Origin: an uncultured Clostridia bacterium
Lineage (GTDB): Bacteria > Bacillota > Clostridia > Christensenellales > UBA1242
Length of the DNA: 64,000 nucleotides
NCBI GenBank assembly: GCA_948442695.1
Contig: CAOJSF010000003.1
Location: forward strand, 46,716-110,715
Reading direction: 5' to 3'
Positions 49,420-61,400 of this stretch are shown one piece after another. A program made the translations under genes and the position numbers. The notes below the pieces were generated by a model that saw nothing but the letters and a program-made list of their open reading frames with translations, had not been told where the DNA came from and ran no database searches. The first letter of the stretch is position 1; each line of letters opens with the position of its first letter.

Positions 49420-52400
49420 TCACTGATTTGCAAGTTTTTCAAGTTTCTTCTTTCTTCTAATTGTAAGAAGAATGATGATAAGCACGATTAAAATAATCAC
49501 GAATATCAACACACAAACAACAATAATTACAGTGTTGAGTGCCTGTTTGTCAATTTCAAACTTAGCATCCTTACTTACATGCCAGAATAGACCGCTTATT
49601 GAAAGTGATGGTGATGAGTAAGACTTAAAGTGGCTTACATTTTTAAATGTATGTTTTCCGATGATAACCCTTCCGGCAAAAGAATTTTCCTCTGTGCCGA
49701 CAGGCTCCCAGAATCGACCATAGAAGTCAATATCATTTGTCACCTTATAAACGCACTTGCTGTATTTTACTCCATCCTCATTTTCAAGTCCATTGTTGAC
49801 AAGATATGCCATGAGTGCAAAGTCTTTTGCAGAAGCAAGTTTGTATGGTTCTTTATTAGTTCCGTTTCCAACAAACGCTGATGCTCTTGCATCCTCATCA
49901 GTCCAAAGAAGTCTTGTAAAATAGATATTGAATGACATATTATAGTCAAAGAATCTATCCATAAACTCTTTATTGATTTGAAGTATGTTGCTTGAAACAT
50001 ATTTTGAAACATCATACAAAGCACCATCAATAATGAGATATGCTTTTTGATAAGCATAATTTGCAGAAGGATTTATGCGAATGTTGTAAGTGTCGCCATA
50101 TTTAAGCACGATAGGTTTGCCATTTTCAATCCTTTCTGTCTTGTTTGCACCGATTACATAATCAAGGTAGCCCAAACGAGAAGGCTCTTTGCTGTCAACA
50201 GGATTTATGATAAGAGTGTTGAAAGTCATAGAGATATCTTCTTTAGTCACAGGGATTGACAGAAGTAATGAATAATTGTTATCAGCCTCTGTCAAGTCCT
50301 CAACAGCAAATGTATATGTGAATACATAGCAATCATTTTTCTCATCGTATACGCAGTCAAATAGACTGTTGTCAAAGCCATAGCCTCTTGTTTTCTTGAT
50401 GCGAACAACGATTGTGTCGCCAACAAGAGCGGTGAAATTATTTTTATAATCAACTTCTCTGCCGTTTACTTTGACATCAATAATCTTATGAGAAGCGCCT
50501 AAAATTTCGCTTTCAAAGTTGACTAAAATATTTCTTCCTTCAAATACTGCTGTAAGAGAGAGAGGTCTGTCAATGAGATTTGTAAACTCATAGACCATTT
50601 CGCCATTTGAATTTGAACTGCCCTGATAGATTTCTTCAGTCTCATTGTCAATCCAGTAAAGGAAACGATATCCTGTATTTGGCACTGCAACAAGCGAGAG
50701 AAGTTTGTTTATGTCATAGTTGCCATTCAAAATTCCGCCGTCCTGTCTTGCAAATGAGTTTCCTCCATTTGCCAAACCATTGTTGGTATTTTTGATTTTG
50801 ATATTGATTGTTGGGTTATATCTTGCTCTGACAATGTAGTTGCCCATTTCAAGAGTGAGTTTGAAATTGTCATTTTGGGCAATTTCTTCACCGCCCTCAA
50901 ACTGAAGCGTGAATCCTACAAATACATAGCCATCAATCTTTGGTGCTGTAAATGTAAGTTCTGAGCCAACGCCAACTTCAGCATACCACAAATCTTCCTG
51001 TCCGATCCATGGGTCGAAACTATTGATATTTGTTGCAAATGAGCGGATATTCAAATCTTTATTATTGTTTGCAATTGTCACTGGCACAACTTCAACTCTC
51101 ACAGATGCACGATTGAAAATCCAACCAGCATAAAGGGTGAATGTGTCAGTAGCAGGGTCAAAGTTGCCCTCTGCTTTATACTTGCTTCCGTCATAGGTAT
51201 AACCGCTATGTTGCCAGTTCATGACAACTTCGCCATATCTATCAATATACTGTTCTCCATAAGAATTTTCAGCAGTGAAATATCCAGTGAATGTGAAATC
51301 TTTCTTAGATGCGAAAATCTTTCCTTTATCACTTGCTGATAAACTATCAAGATTCCACTCTTCACCATATCTCACCTTTTCGGTCATAGTGACAGAAATG
51401 TCTCTTTCGACATCAACCACAAACTTAACCGAATATTCTTTTGGTTTAACATAGATTACAACTGTTCCGTCAGAAATGACATCTCTGATTGTGAGGTTTG
51501 CTGTTGCAGTGAAGCCTGTTCCAGTCTGAACTGGGTCCTGACTTTCAACCTTTCCTGCAATGACATTTCCGTTGTCCTCACCGCCGATAATGTCATATTT
51601 GATGTTTCCGTCTTCGTCAGTGACGAGAGAATAAGAAATCATCGAACTTACTGTCATGTTTAAAGTTCCGCCAGTCACGATAGACACATTTACATTGTCA
51701 CCACGACTAGGGTTTGAAGAAACAAGTGCTGATTTGGTATCAACAACAATTACACCACCATGAACAGACTTAACTTCTTCGCCTTCATTTGAGAAGATGA
51801 CTTTAAGTTTGTTTTCTCTTGCTGTGAAGAGAACTGTGATTTTAGAATCATTTGTTGCACCCATAACAGCATAGACTTTTTTGTCGTTTATATTAAGTTC
51901 GTTTACAATAATTCCAACACTTGTGGAAATTGATGCAGTAAAGCCTTCTTTAGCCTCAACTTCAAAGTAAAGCACTTCATCAGTGTGAGAAAGAATCTTG
52001 TAATTTGCACCCAGTAAAAGTTTTCCTTGATATTCTTTATAGACATCATTTCCCAGTCTGTCGCCATTTTTGTCAACTACCCAGACACATCCACCAGCAT
52101 CAGTGCCGAGATTGTCAACATAGTTGATAATTGTGCCTGCCTGAACGATGACATCAATTTCGCCTGCCTTAAATACAATCTCAATAGAAGAAATTGTGCT
52201 GTTAAGGTCAAGTGCGATAGCAAACTTGTTTCCATCAAAATGATATTTTTCATCCGTCAGGTCAATTCTGCTTCCGTCAACTAAGACATAGTCAAGTTCA
52301 TATCCAGAAGCAATCTTAAGTGTAATATCAAGATTTAATCCTAAGAAGAACTTAGCATTTGTTGTCCCATTGACTTCAACTGAAATGTTTTCATCAACTT

Positions 52401-55400
52401 GAGAGGCAACAAATCCATTTTTGTTTGTCTCTGCATTGTTTGTTGTCCTTGCAGTAAGAGAGATATCTCTTGCCTTTCTTGCAAAGGTTGCAAAGATTTC
52501 AATAATGCCATTTTCACCATTTCTTTCAAGGGCATCTTTGATTGCACTTGAAACAATGAAATTGATGTTTCCTTCTTTAGAAATAATTTGTTCGTCAATC
52601 ATCCAACCTGCAAACTCAAAGTTTGGAAGAAGTGTGTTTTGACTGAGCACGATTGCACTGCCAAAGTCAACAGTTTGCTCACTATCGCAGGTAATCTGAC
52701 CATACTCTTCCTGTCCTGGCATAACACTTATGTGGAAGTTGAAACTTCTTGCTTTTGCAAGGAATGAAATAGCAAAGTCTTCATCAAATCCTGCAATAGT
52801 TGCAGTGAAATGATAATATTTGTCATCTTCAGAGTAATAGTTGTTTACACTGCCATCAACCACATAGTCAACAACGCCTGTGTTTGGAATGCCAGCAGTA
52901 TATCCATATGCCATAACACCATAAATTACAAAAGTTTCACCGGTTTTCACCATGAAGGTGTCACCACTGAGGTTTATGTTTGTTGTGCCAAAGGTCAGAC
53001 GCATGAAGATATCACTTACATCGCCTATAGTCACTTTGTTGATAGATGGAACTGCGTCAACTGTGATTATCGCATTTGCAGTAAACTCGCTCCAAACAAC
53101 TGTGAGAGTTTTTCCGTCTTCAGAGATTGTTGTTGTAAACTTGCCGTCCCCTCTGAATGAATAACTTGTATCTGAGAAGTTGTAGCCTTTCTTAGCCTTA
53201 TAAACAATCTCGACTTCCTCACCTGTGCGGGCAAGAATGTTTGTTTGAGATTCCACTTCTTCGCCATTTACAAAGGCCTCAAAACTGTCAACATTTGTGT
53301 TGAAAAGTGTGAGAGTGTTTACATTTGGCTCAAGTGTGAAATGTAAAACACCATCTTCAAAGAGATTTTTAATGACAATTCTGCCATTGATTTCTTCAAT
53401 AGTCGCCTTTATTGAATTTTCGTTATAGATAAATCCATAACCTTTCTTTGCGGTGATTTCAAGTGTCAGACTGTCCTCTCCATAGACAAGACCAAAACTT
53501 GTTCCGTTTGCAATTTCCTGACCATTTGTTTTGATAGTCAAGCCTTCGTCAAATGTGATTACAACATCAAAACTCTGACTAATCCAGTCGGCAGTCAAAG
53601 TGATGTGGTAAGCATCATCTTCATCTTTTTCGCCTATTGTAGAGATAGGGTCTCCTTCAGCGTAAGTCTTGCCGTCTTTGTCTTTCCAAAGTGGAGCCCT
53701 TCCTTCCAAAGTTGCACTTGGCATTGATGAAATTGCCTCACCATAAACGCCTTCTACAATCTTAGAAGCCTCATCTTCGATTATTCCCTCTGTTGGGTCA
53801 AAGGTGATGATGTATCTTTCACCCTGCCAGCCAGCCTTGACGACAATTGTCTTGTCACTGTCAAGTTCTTCAAAAATATCATCAATCAATTCTTTAAGTG
53901 AATTTTCATTCAACAATACATCTTCAAAACTATAACCTATGAAATTGTATGTTCCGTCTGTGACTTTGAGACTTGCAAGGTCATCTCTTGTCATAGATTG
54001 AAGATCAAAATAATTGAAAGTCTGAGTAAGAGTGTTTGTATCAACTCTGTTTGTAAATTGTGGCAAATTAGGGTCGATATTGAAAGTGATTTGTATTTGG
54101 TCAAAAGTCACATCAAGTTTAATTTCAGATGCAATTTTTCCAAATCTGATAATTCCATTGTTTTTGCCTATGTCTGTCAAATCTTTGTCTTGAGACTGAC
54201 CTATTGCAAGGTTGTAAGATCTGATTTTATAGCCTCGGACACTTTCCACTTCAATTTGAACATCACTGAAATATTCAATGTATTTTTTGCCGTCAATTTC
54301 TATAATCGAACCATTTGTCGCAGTAAATGTGAGATTTTTTATTTGAAGTCCTGAGATGTTTATCTCATACTTTTCAATTTCCCAAACTGCATAGATAGTA
54401 AGATTAAGATTTTCTTCATTACTATTAAGTGATAAAGCCTTCATCACGCTTTCAAAGTTGTTTGTGTCAAATGTGATATATCCATCACCATCTTTTATCT
54501 TCCAGCCAGAGAACACATATCCCTTTCTTGAAGGCGCTTTGAAAGAGTTGTAAATCTCTTCAACACTTTCATTGTGTGGGAAATCAACAATATATGTCGC
54601 ATTATCTCCTGTTGGCAGAAGTTTGTCATTTACAAACTTGCCACCGCTTACAAGGTCAGTATGCTCTGTTGTCGCATTGACAGTGACAGTGATTGAGAAT
54701 GCTTTGATTGTCCCCTTTACATTATCCTTGACTTTATAGTTTGCACTATCTTCACCCTTAAGAACAATTGTCACAGCCTTATCTTCGCCAGGTTCGCTAG
54801 TCTGATAACCGCCCTTAGCAAGGTCGATTGAAAGGATGTCACCTGTCAAGATAAACTGGTCAATATTGTCACTAAGGTCAGATGGAAGAAGTGTGTTCTC
54901 GTCATACATCTTGACAATTTCAAGACCTGAAAGGTCAAGTTCCAACTGCTCAATATTGAGAGTAACTTCATAGCCTTCACTGTTTAATCCTGTAAAGTTG
55001 TCAGATGTGAATAAGAATTTTATTGTCCTTCTTCCAGCCTTTAAGTATCCGCCGGTAGAAAGGTCATTTTCGTTTAGAATTACAGCCGAAACTTGAACAT
55101 AACCCTTGTTTATGTCATCAGTTACATTTCCGATTGAGAATCTATAACCATTTGTAAGGGCAAAAGCCTGTTCAACTGTGATTCCGTCTTTAATTTCTCC
55201 ATAAGTTAAGACTTTGTTTATTACGTCAAAAGCAACGCTTTCAACTTCAGTGGTCAAGATTTGACCAAATAGATTTGTGCTTGCAAGGACATAGTTGCCT
55301 GCATTTGCACCGCCCAGCATAACATCAAGAAGTTTGATGTTCTGGCCTACAATGATTTGAGAGTATCTTCCTGTGAGGTAAACTTCTTCGCCCTCAACAA

Positions 55401-58400
55401 TTCCCTCTATGACAGCATCATTTCTGCCGATGATTTCATCACGATTGAATCTCTTTGAAACAGAAGTCACATTGAGTGTTTTCTTTTCAATTTTAAGTCT
55501 TGCAAGAGATTTATCTACAAACTCAATTCCAGAATATGTAAATTCTTCAAACGCATTTAATGAAACGCTTAAGTTGTAGTCACCAGCATTTGCACTTATT
55601 GAATCAAAAGTGAAATTCATAAGTTTGATATGATCAAATTTTGCGTCATCTGAAATATAAATCTTTTCGACATTTTCGCCGTTTACTGAAAGATAATATA
55701 GTTCAAACTCAACGCCGTCAAGAAGAGTGTCATTATGATAGAGTGATAAAATGAATTTGTTGTTCTCAACAGTCACAACCTGTCTGTTTACAACAAGAGA
55801 ATTATAAACATATTGTGGTCTTTCTTTGAGTTCTACCTGAAGATTTGCATTTGGTGTTTGAATTTCAAGATAAGCCTCAAATCCCTCTAAGTCAAGTGCA
55901 TAATTGACTCTGTTTGCTTCGTCAATAATTTCTGGATTGATGAGAAGATAACTTCCAACTGCACCGCCATTTTCTCTTCCAAACAAGATTGCAACGCTTT
56001 CACTATTGTCACCATGCTCAATCTCAACCTCATGTCTAAGAACTGGGTCATTTGTGCCCACATATTTTACAAAATTGATTTCATCATTAAAATCTTGAAG
56101 AGAAATAGTATATTTCTTTATTACAATTTGTTTGTCTATTGTCACTTCATTATTTTCAAATTGATAGATGTTTGCAAGTCTAGAGTCAACAATCGCCCTG
56201 ATTGTGTAAGTTCCAGCATTTTTAAGCACTGCAGATTGACCAGAAGAATCAAGAATATTTACATGGAAATTGTATCTGTTGTTGACCGAATTGTCAATCT
56301 TAGGTATGCTTTGCAAATTTACATTATTCAATTTTCCATCATCTTCAATCATTAAATTTACATTTTGGACGCTGTTATTATAAGTATAATCTTCGCTTTC
56401 AAGATAGAAATAAATCATTCTCTTTCTGATTGCAAGTGTTACATCACCGCTCTTAGTGAGAGTTTGGTCACCAAATCCATCATTATAAGTAAGAGTGACA
56501 GAGACAGTGTAAGTATCGCTTAAATCACAACCTGCCATGCCATCTTTATCTTTGATGATAAATGAGCCATTTGCAGAATTGAAACTAAATTCAATTCCCT
56601 TTTCGCTGTTTAGCATTTGTGCATTCAAAGTGCTTCCGTTTGGAGCATCAACTCTAATAAATGATTCAAGTTTTTGCTCTATCTCGCTTTCATTTGCAAA
56701 CAATGAAAGTTCTCCAAATACATCAAATTCAAAATCAGAGAATTGCCATTTTGCAGTGATTGATTCAACTGAGCCTGAATTTTTTACAGTGAAGTAAGTA
56801 TAATCCTCATCAAAAGTGATGTCAAATCTGCTGTTTCTTTGTTGGTTGTAACCATTGAATGTAAGATATTTACCCTCATTGTGAATAGGGTTTAAATACT
56901 GAAGTGTATTGTTTGAAACTGAAACATAGATTGTCTCATTTCTGTTTCCTTCATTGCTCATTCCAGTGTTGTAGTCTACATTGACTTTGACAACATCGGT
57001 GAGAACTGCAGTATAATTGTTTGTTTGGTCATCTGACACAGAAGGTGAAATTGTTGAAACATATCCTGCATCTTTCCAACTATCAAACACCCCTTCAAGG
57101 AGATTCATGTTTGTATTGTTTGTAAGAGTCAAAAGTTTCAATGCATTTGCACGCTCTTGACTGAGTCTGATATTAAGTTTTACTGTAAAAGGATAAAGTG
57201 CCATAACTTCATCATTGACAAAGAGTTTGAGCATGCTTGTTCCATTTCCGACAAATGAGAAGAGAATATTGCCATCAATCTCAACATTGCCTTGATTTGA
57301 CTGAGGCAAATTGTATGCCTTTCCATTAATTTTAAGGTCGCTAAGTTCAAATACATCAGTCTCACCCAGATAATCAGATGTGAGCGATGAATTAAGTCTT
57401 CCATAGTTTGCAACAAGATATGCAAGATTATATGTATATCCTTTTGCAGTATCAATGCCCTTCAAAAGGAATCTTGAATCGCCATGGATGTCAAAGTTTG
57501 CAATGTTCCACTCATAATTGCTTGTTATGTCACCCTCAATTTCAAGACCATAGATATTGAAGATGTCTTTATCTATATTATAGTCCTCGCTTCCAGTATA
57601 GAAACCAGCATCGTTTTTGAGAAGCATAATCTTATTGAATGTATAAGAGAAAGCCTTTCCATTTGCATAGTCACCGCTAAAGTGTCTGTTGCCAAGGTTC
57701 TCATATACTAAAGCATTGATATTATCAAATTTATATGCAGAACCATTTGGGAAGTGAATTGTAAATTTCGCTTTTTCAATAGTAAGCACATTTTCAAGTT
57801 CTACCTTAAAGCCGTCATCTTCTGGCAATACATTTATGATAAGGTTTGCAAAGTTTGCACCCTCTTTGCCTAAGATAGGTCTTTCTGGATTGAGCCTTAA
57901 TGTGATATCTTTTTTATCGTTTGCATTTGCACTTGCATTAAAGTCACCCAAAATTTCAAATCTATTGAAATATTCTTCGGTTTGCCCGATTGTAAATTGT
58001 CCTAGATTTTCATTTTTAGTCTTGTCTTCACCCTTCCAGTCATACTTAAGCATAAATTTGCCGAAGTTGTTGGTTGATGAAGGAGAGAAGTCATTTGATG
58101 CATTGTAAATTGAAGATAAGTTGTGGTCAAAGAAATAAAGTTCGTTCTTAACCATATTGAAGGTGAGAATTCGGCTGATGTCAGAATATTCAATCGAATA
58201 TGCACCCTCATCATTATATTTTGTAAGAGTATCTTTTACTTTGATGATATATTTAATTAAATATCCACCACTTAAATCAAGATTTGAAATATTGAAATCT
58301 TTGATGTTTGCAAAGGTCTTGACCTCGCCACCATTTAAAGTGACCTGATATTCAACCCCAACAATCTGTTCACCATTTTTAAGTATAGGATTGCTTAAAA

Positions 58401-61400
58401 TGTTGATGTTTTCTTCAACATGATTTCCTCTTGCCTTTGCAGTGATGATATTATAATCATTGAGAAGATAGAAGTTTCTTGTCTCTCCAACATCCTCTAC
58501 AAAATTGATTTCACTCTTAGTTGCATTTTCTTTGTCCTTAATCCATGTTGGGACAATAGAGATGTCAGCAGTTGTAAGATATTTTTCTTGTGGTTTAAAC
58601 ATTGATACGGTCTGTCCGCCATTGCTTGATATAGACCAAAGATTGACATCAGCACTATAGCCATATCTCGAAATGACAAGCACGCCATCACTTATTGCAT
58701 CCAAAAGATTTTGTGCAACATTGTTAAACTTGACATGAATGGCAATTCTTCCGTCGATAATCTCGCCGTAGTCATTTGTATCAAGGTTTTCATTCCAGTC
58801 ATATCTATAATAATCATTTTCAGAGTTGTCGAGATAGATGAGATAATCTGCCTCTTCTCTGATAGTGTTGATAAAGATATTGTCATCACCTGAATTTACT
58901 GCAAATCTATATTCATCCTTGATGAAAGAAAGGAAGATTTCAGGAGTGATTGTGATTTTGTTTGCCTCACCCTGTTCTGACCAAACATAACCATCTTTTA
59001 CCTCATCTTGAGAAAGAGAGAAGCCTTTTGCATAATAGCCAAATATGGTTTGACCAGAAAGAGTTGTTCCGCTTATTACATAAGTTGCAAGTCCGTTTTT
59101 GTGATTTGGGACAGGAGTTGTAGTAAAGTAAATTGTGTCACCGATTGAAAGACCTGTCTTTCCAGTAGTAGAACTGCTTACAATAGTAGTTTCATCAATG
59201 ATTGCACTATAAGAAATTATCTGCCACCTGCAAATAAGTTCTACCTCTGCCTTTCTTTGAAGCATACTTTCAGCAAGACCATTCCATGCCTGGAAACTGT
59301 CACCACTGATGTTGTTGATAATTATTCCATCAGAGTTTTTAGCCTGCTTAAAGAGTTCATCCCAGCCTTGTGCAGAAATTGAATATCTCATGTTGTCATT
59401 GTCAACATTTCCAAAGTAAACCATTGTTCCGTTTACTGTCACACCATTTGGGATATAACCATTAAATGAATATCCTAAGTTGTAGAAAGCATATTTGCTT
59501 AAAGAAATTGATTCATTATATTTGAAGTTTTGTCCAGCAAAAGTGCGGTTGATTGTGCCGTCCTCGGCATCAACAAGCACTCTGTTTTCATCATTAAGTC
59601 TACTGTCACTATTTTCATACAATTTGCCATGTTCGGCAGTGCCGGCATTATATTTTGCTGACACAGTTCTTCTTCCAACAAGTGCCGCAACATCGTTGCT
59701 CACATAAGTGCCTTCCTTATCAGCACTCATCTGGGCAAGCCCGCTTACAAACTCGCCGTCTGTCAAGAATCCATTGAAGTTTCCATTCGAGTCAACATTG
59801 ATTGATTTGCCATTTTGCAGATACCAACCGAGAAGATAGAATTGAGAATGAATTGATATGCTTGCCAGTTGAGTTGAACCATTTGATAATGAAAGTGCTC
59901 CGTCTGCTCCGATTTTATATGTAAGGTTTTCAATTGAATAAGCAAGAATAGCCTTGTCCCCAACGCCTAAATACCCCTCTTCGTCAAGCACGTGAACCTT
60001 GTCAATCAAGAGACTCACTGTGCGATATTCAAAGAAGATTTTGATTGTTGTATCATAGCCACCCAGAGAAAGTTCAAAATTGCCTTCCGCTGTTCCTGGA
60101 TTTGCAGGCTCTACAAGAGAACTGTTTGTATAACCCTCTTTTTCCCAACTTTCAGGGTTGCCACTGTTGTTAAATCCAACCTTAAGTTTTCCGTCCTGAT
60201 AAAGTTCATAGCCTGCATATGAAAGTGCGCCACGGCCTACATCAGAAAGCATGAATGAGAAGTTGTACTTTCCGCCACCTGCAAGAATGCTAGGAAGTTG
60301 TGGTGAAGAAAATCCAAAACTTACCTGACTGAAATAGTTGTCAGCAAATTCTGCCATAATCTGGTCTACACTGTCACTAGGTATAACTGCACTATCACCC
60401 TCAACCTGAGAAACAGGCGTGAGATTGCTTCCCGCATAATACTCAACTTTTATGTCATAAGCCCTTTCTTTATAGTATACATCAACCACATACAAAGGTG
60501 CTTCTTCATGCGTGAATGCCTTTTTAAACAGCATATTTCCTGCTGGAGAAATATAACTTGTGTTGTAATAAAGGTCAGAATATTTTTCGCCACTGTCTAT
60601 CATTGAATAAACGGCAGGGTCTCTGCTGTATTGAGGAGGATCTGTCCCCTCAAGAAGATCTGAAATCACCACCTTATAAGCCTGATATTTTCCGCTTTTC
60701 TTTGATGAAATCACTCCTGTTGCACTCATTCCAAAAAGTTCACCTGTCACATTCTGGAAATAAGAAGAGTTGTTTATGCTTACGCCAACCCCAGTCATAT
60801 CATCAAGTGCTTCACGATTATCAACATCACCTTTATAAAGATTGATTGCAATCTTTGTCTTAGGTGCACCGATATAAGGTCTAAATGTATTTGCATATTC
60901 TTTTACATTGTTTAAGTTTACATCCCATTTATCAAAGAAGTTGTTTTCTGGATCCACCCCTTCAAACACACTGCTTGCGTCACTTGAAGGAGAGGTCTTG
61001 TATGTAGAGAAGACTGATTCATCCGCGCCACCATTTGACAACATGAAATTGTCTGTCTCTATATTGAGAAGAAATCTTCCGATTGTCTCAGATGAAATCT
61101 TCAGTTCGATGTCCTCGCCTAACCTAGTCATCAAGAAAAAGTTGGTTGTTCCATCACTTTCAAAAATGTCATCATTGTAATATAATTCAGGATACACTTT
61201 ATTTCCATTCTCATCAAGAAAAGTATCAAATGCCTTCTCGTGTTGTCTGCCTTTGGCATAGCCGATATAATTTAAAGGATATTGCCCTATAAAGAATCCA
61301 TATTCATCTAAATTGTCTACATACTCATCATAATATTCATGTTCTACTTTATTATTTAACTTAACTCCATTATAATCTAGAATTTCGCCGTTTTCATTTA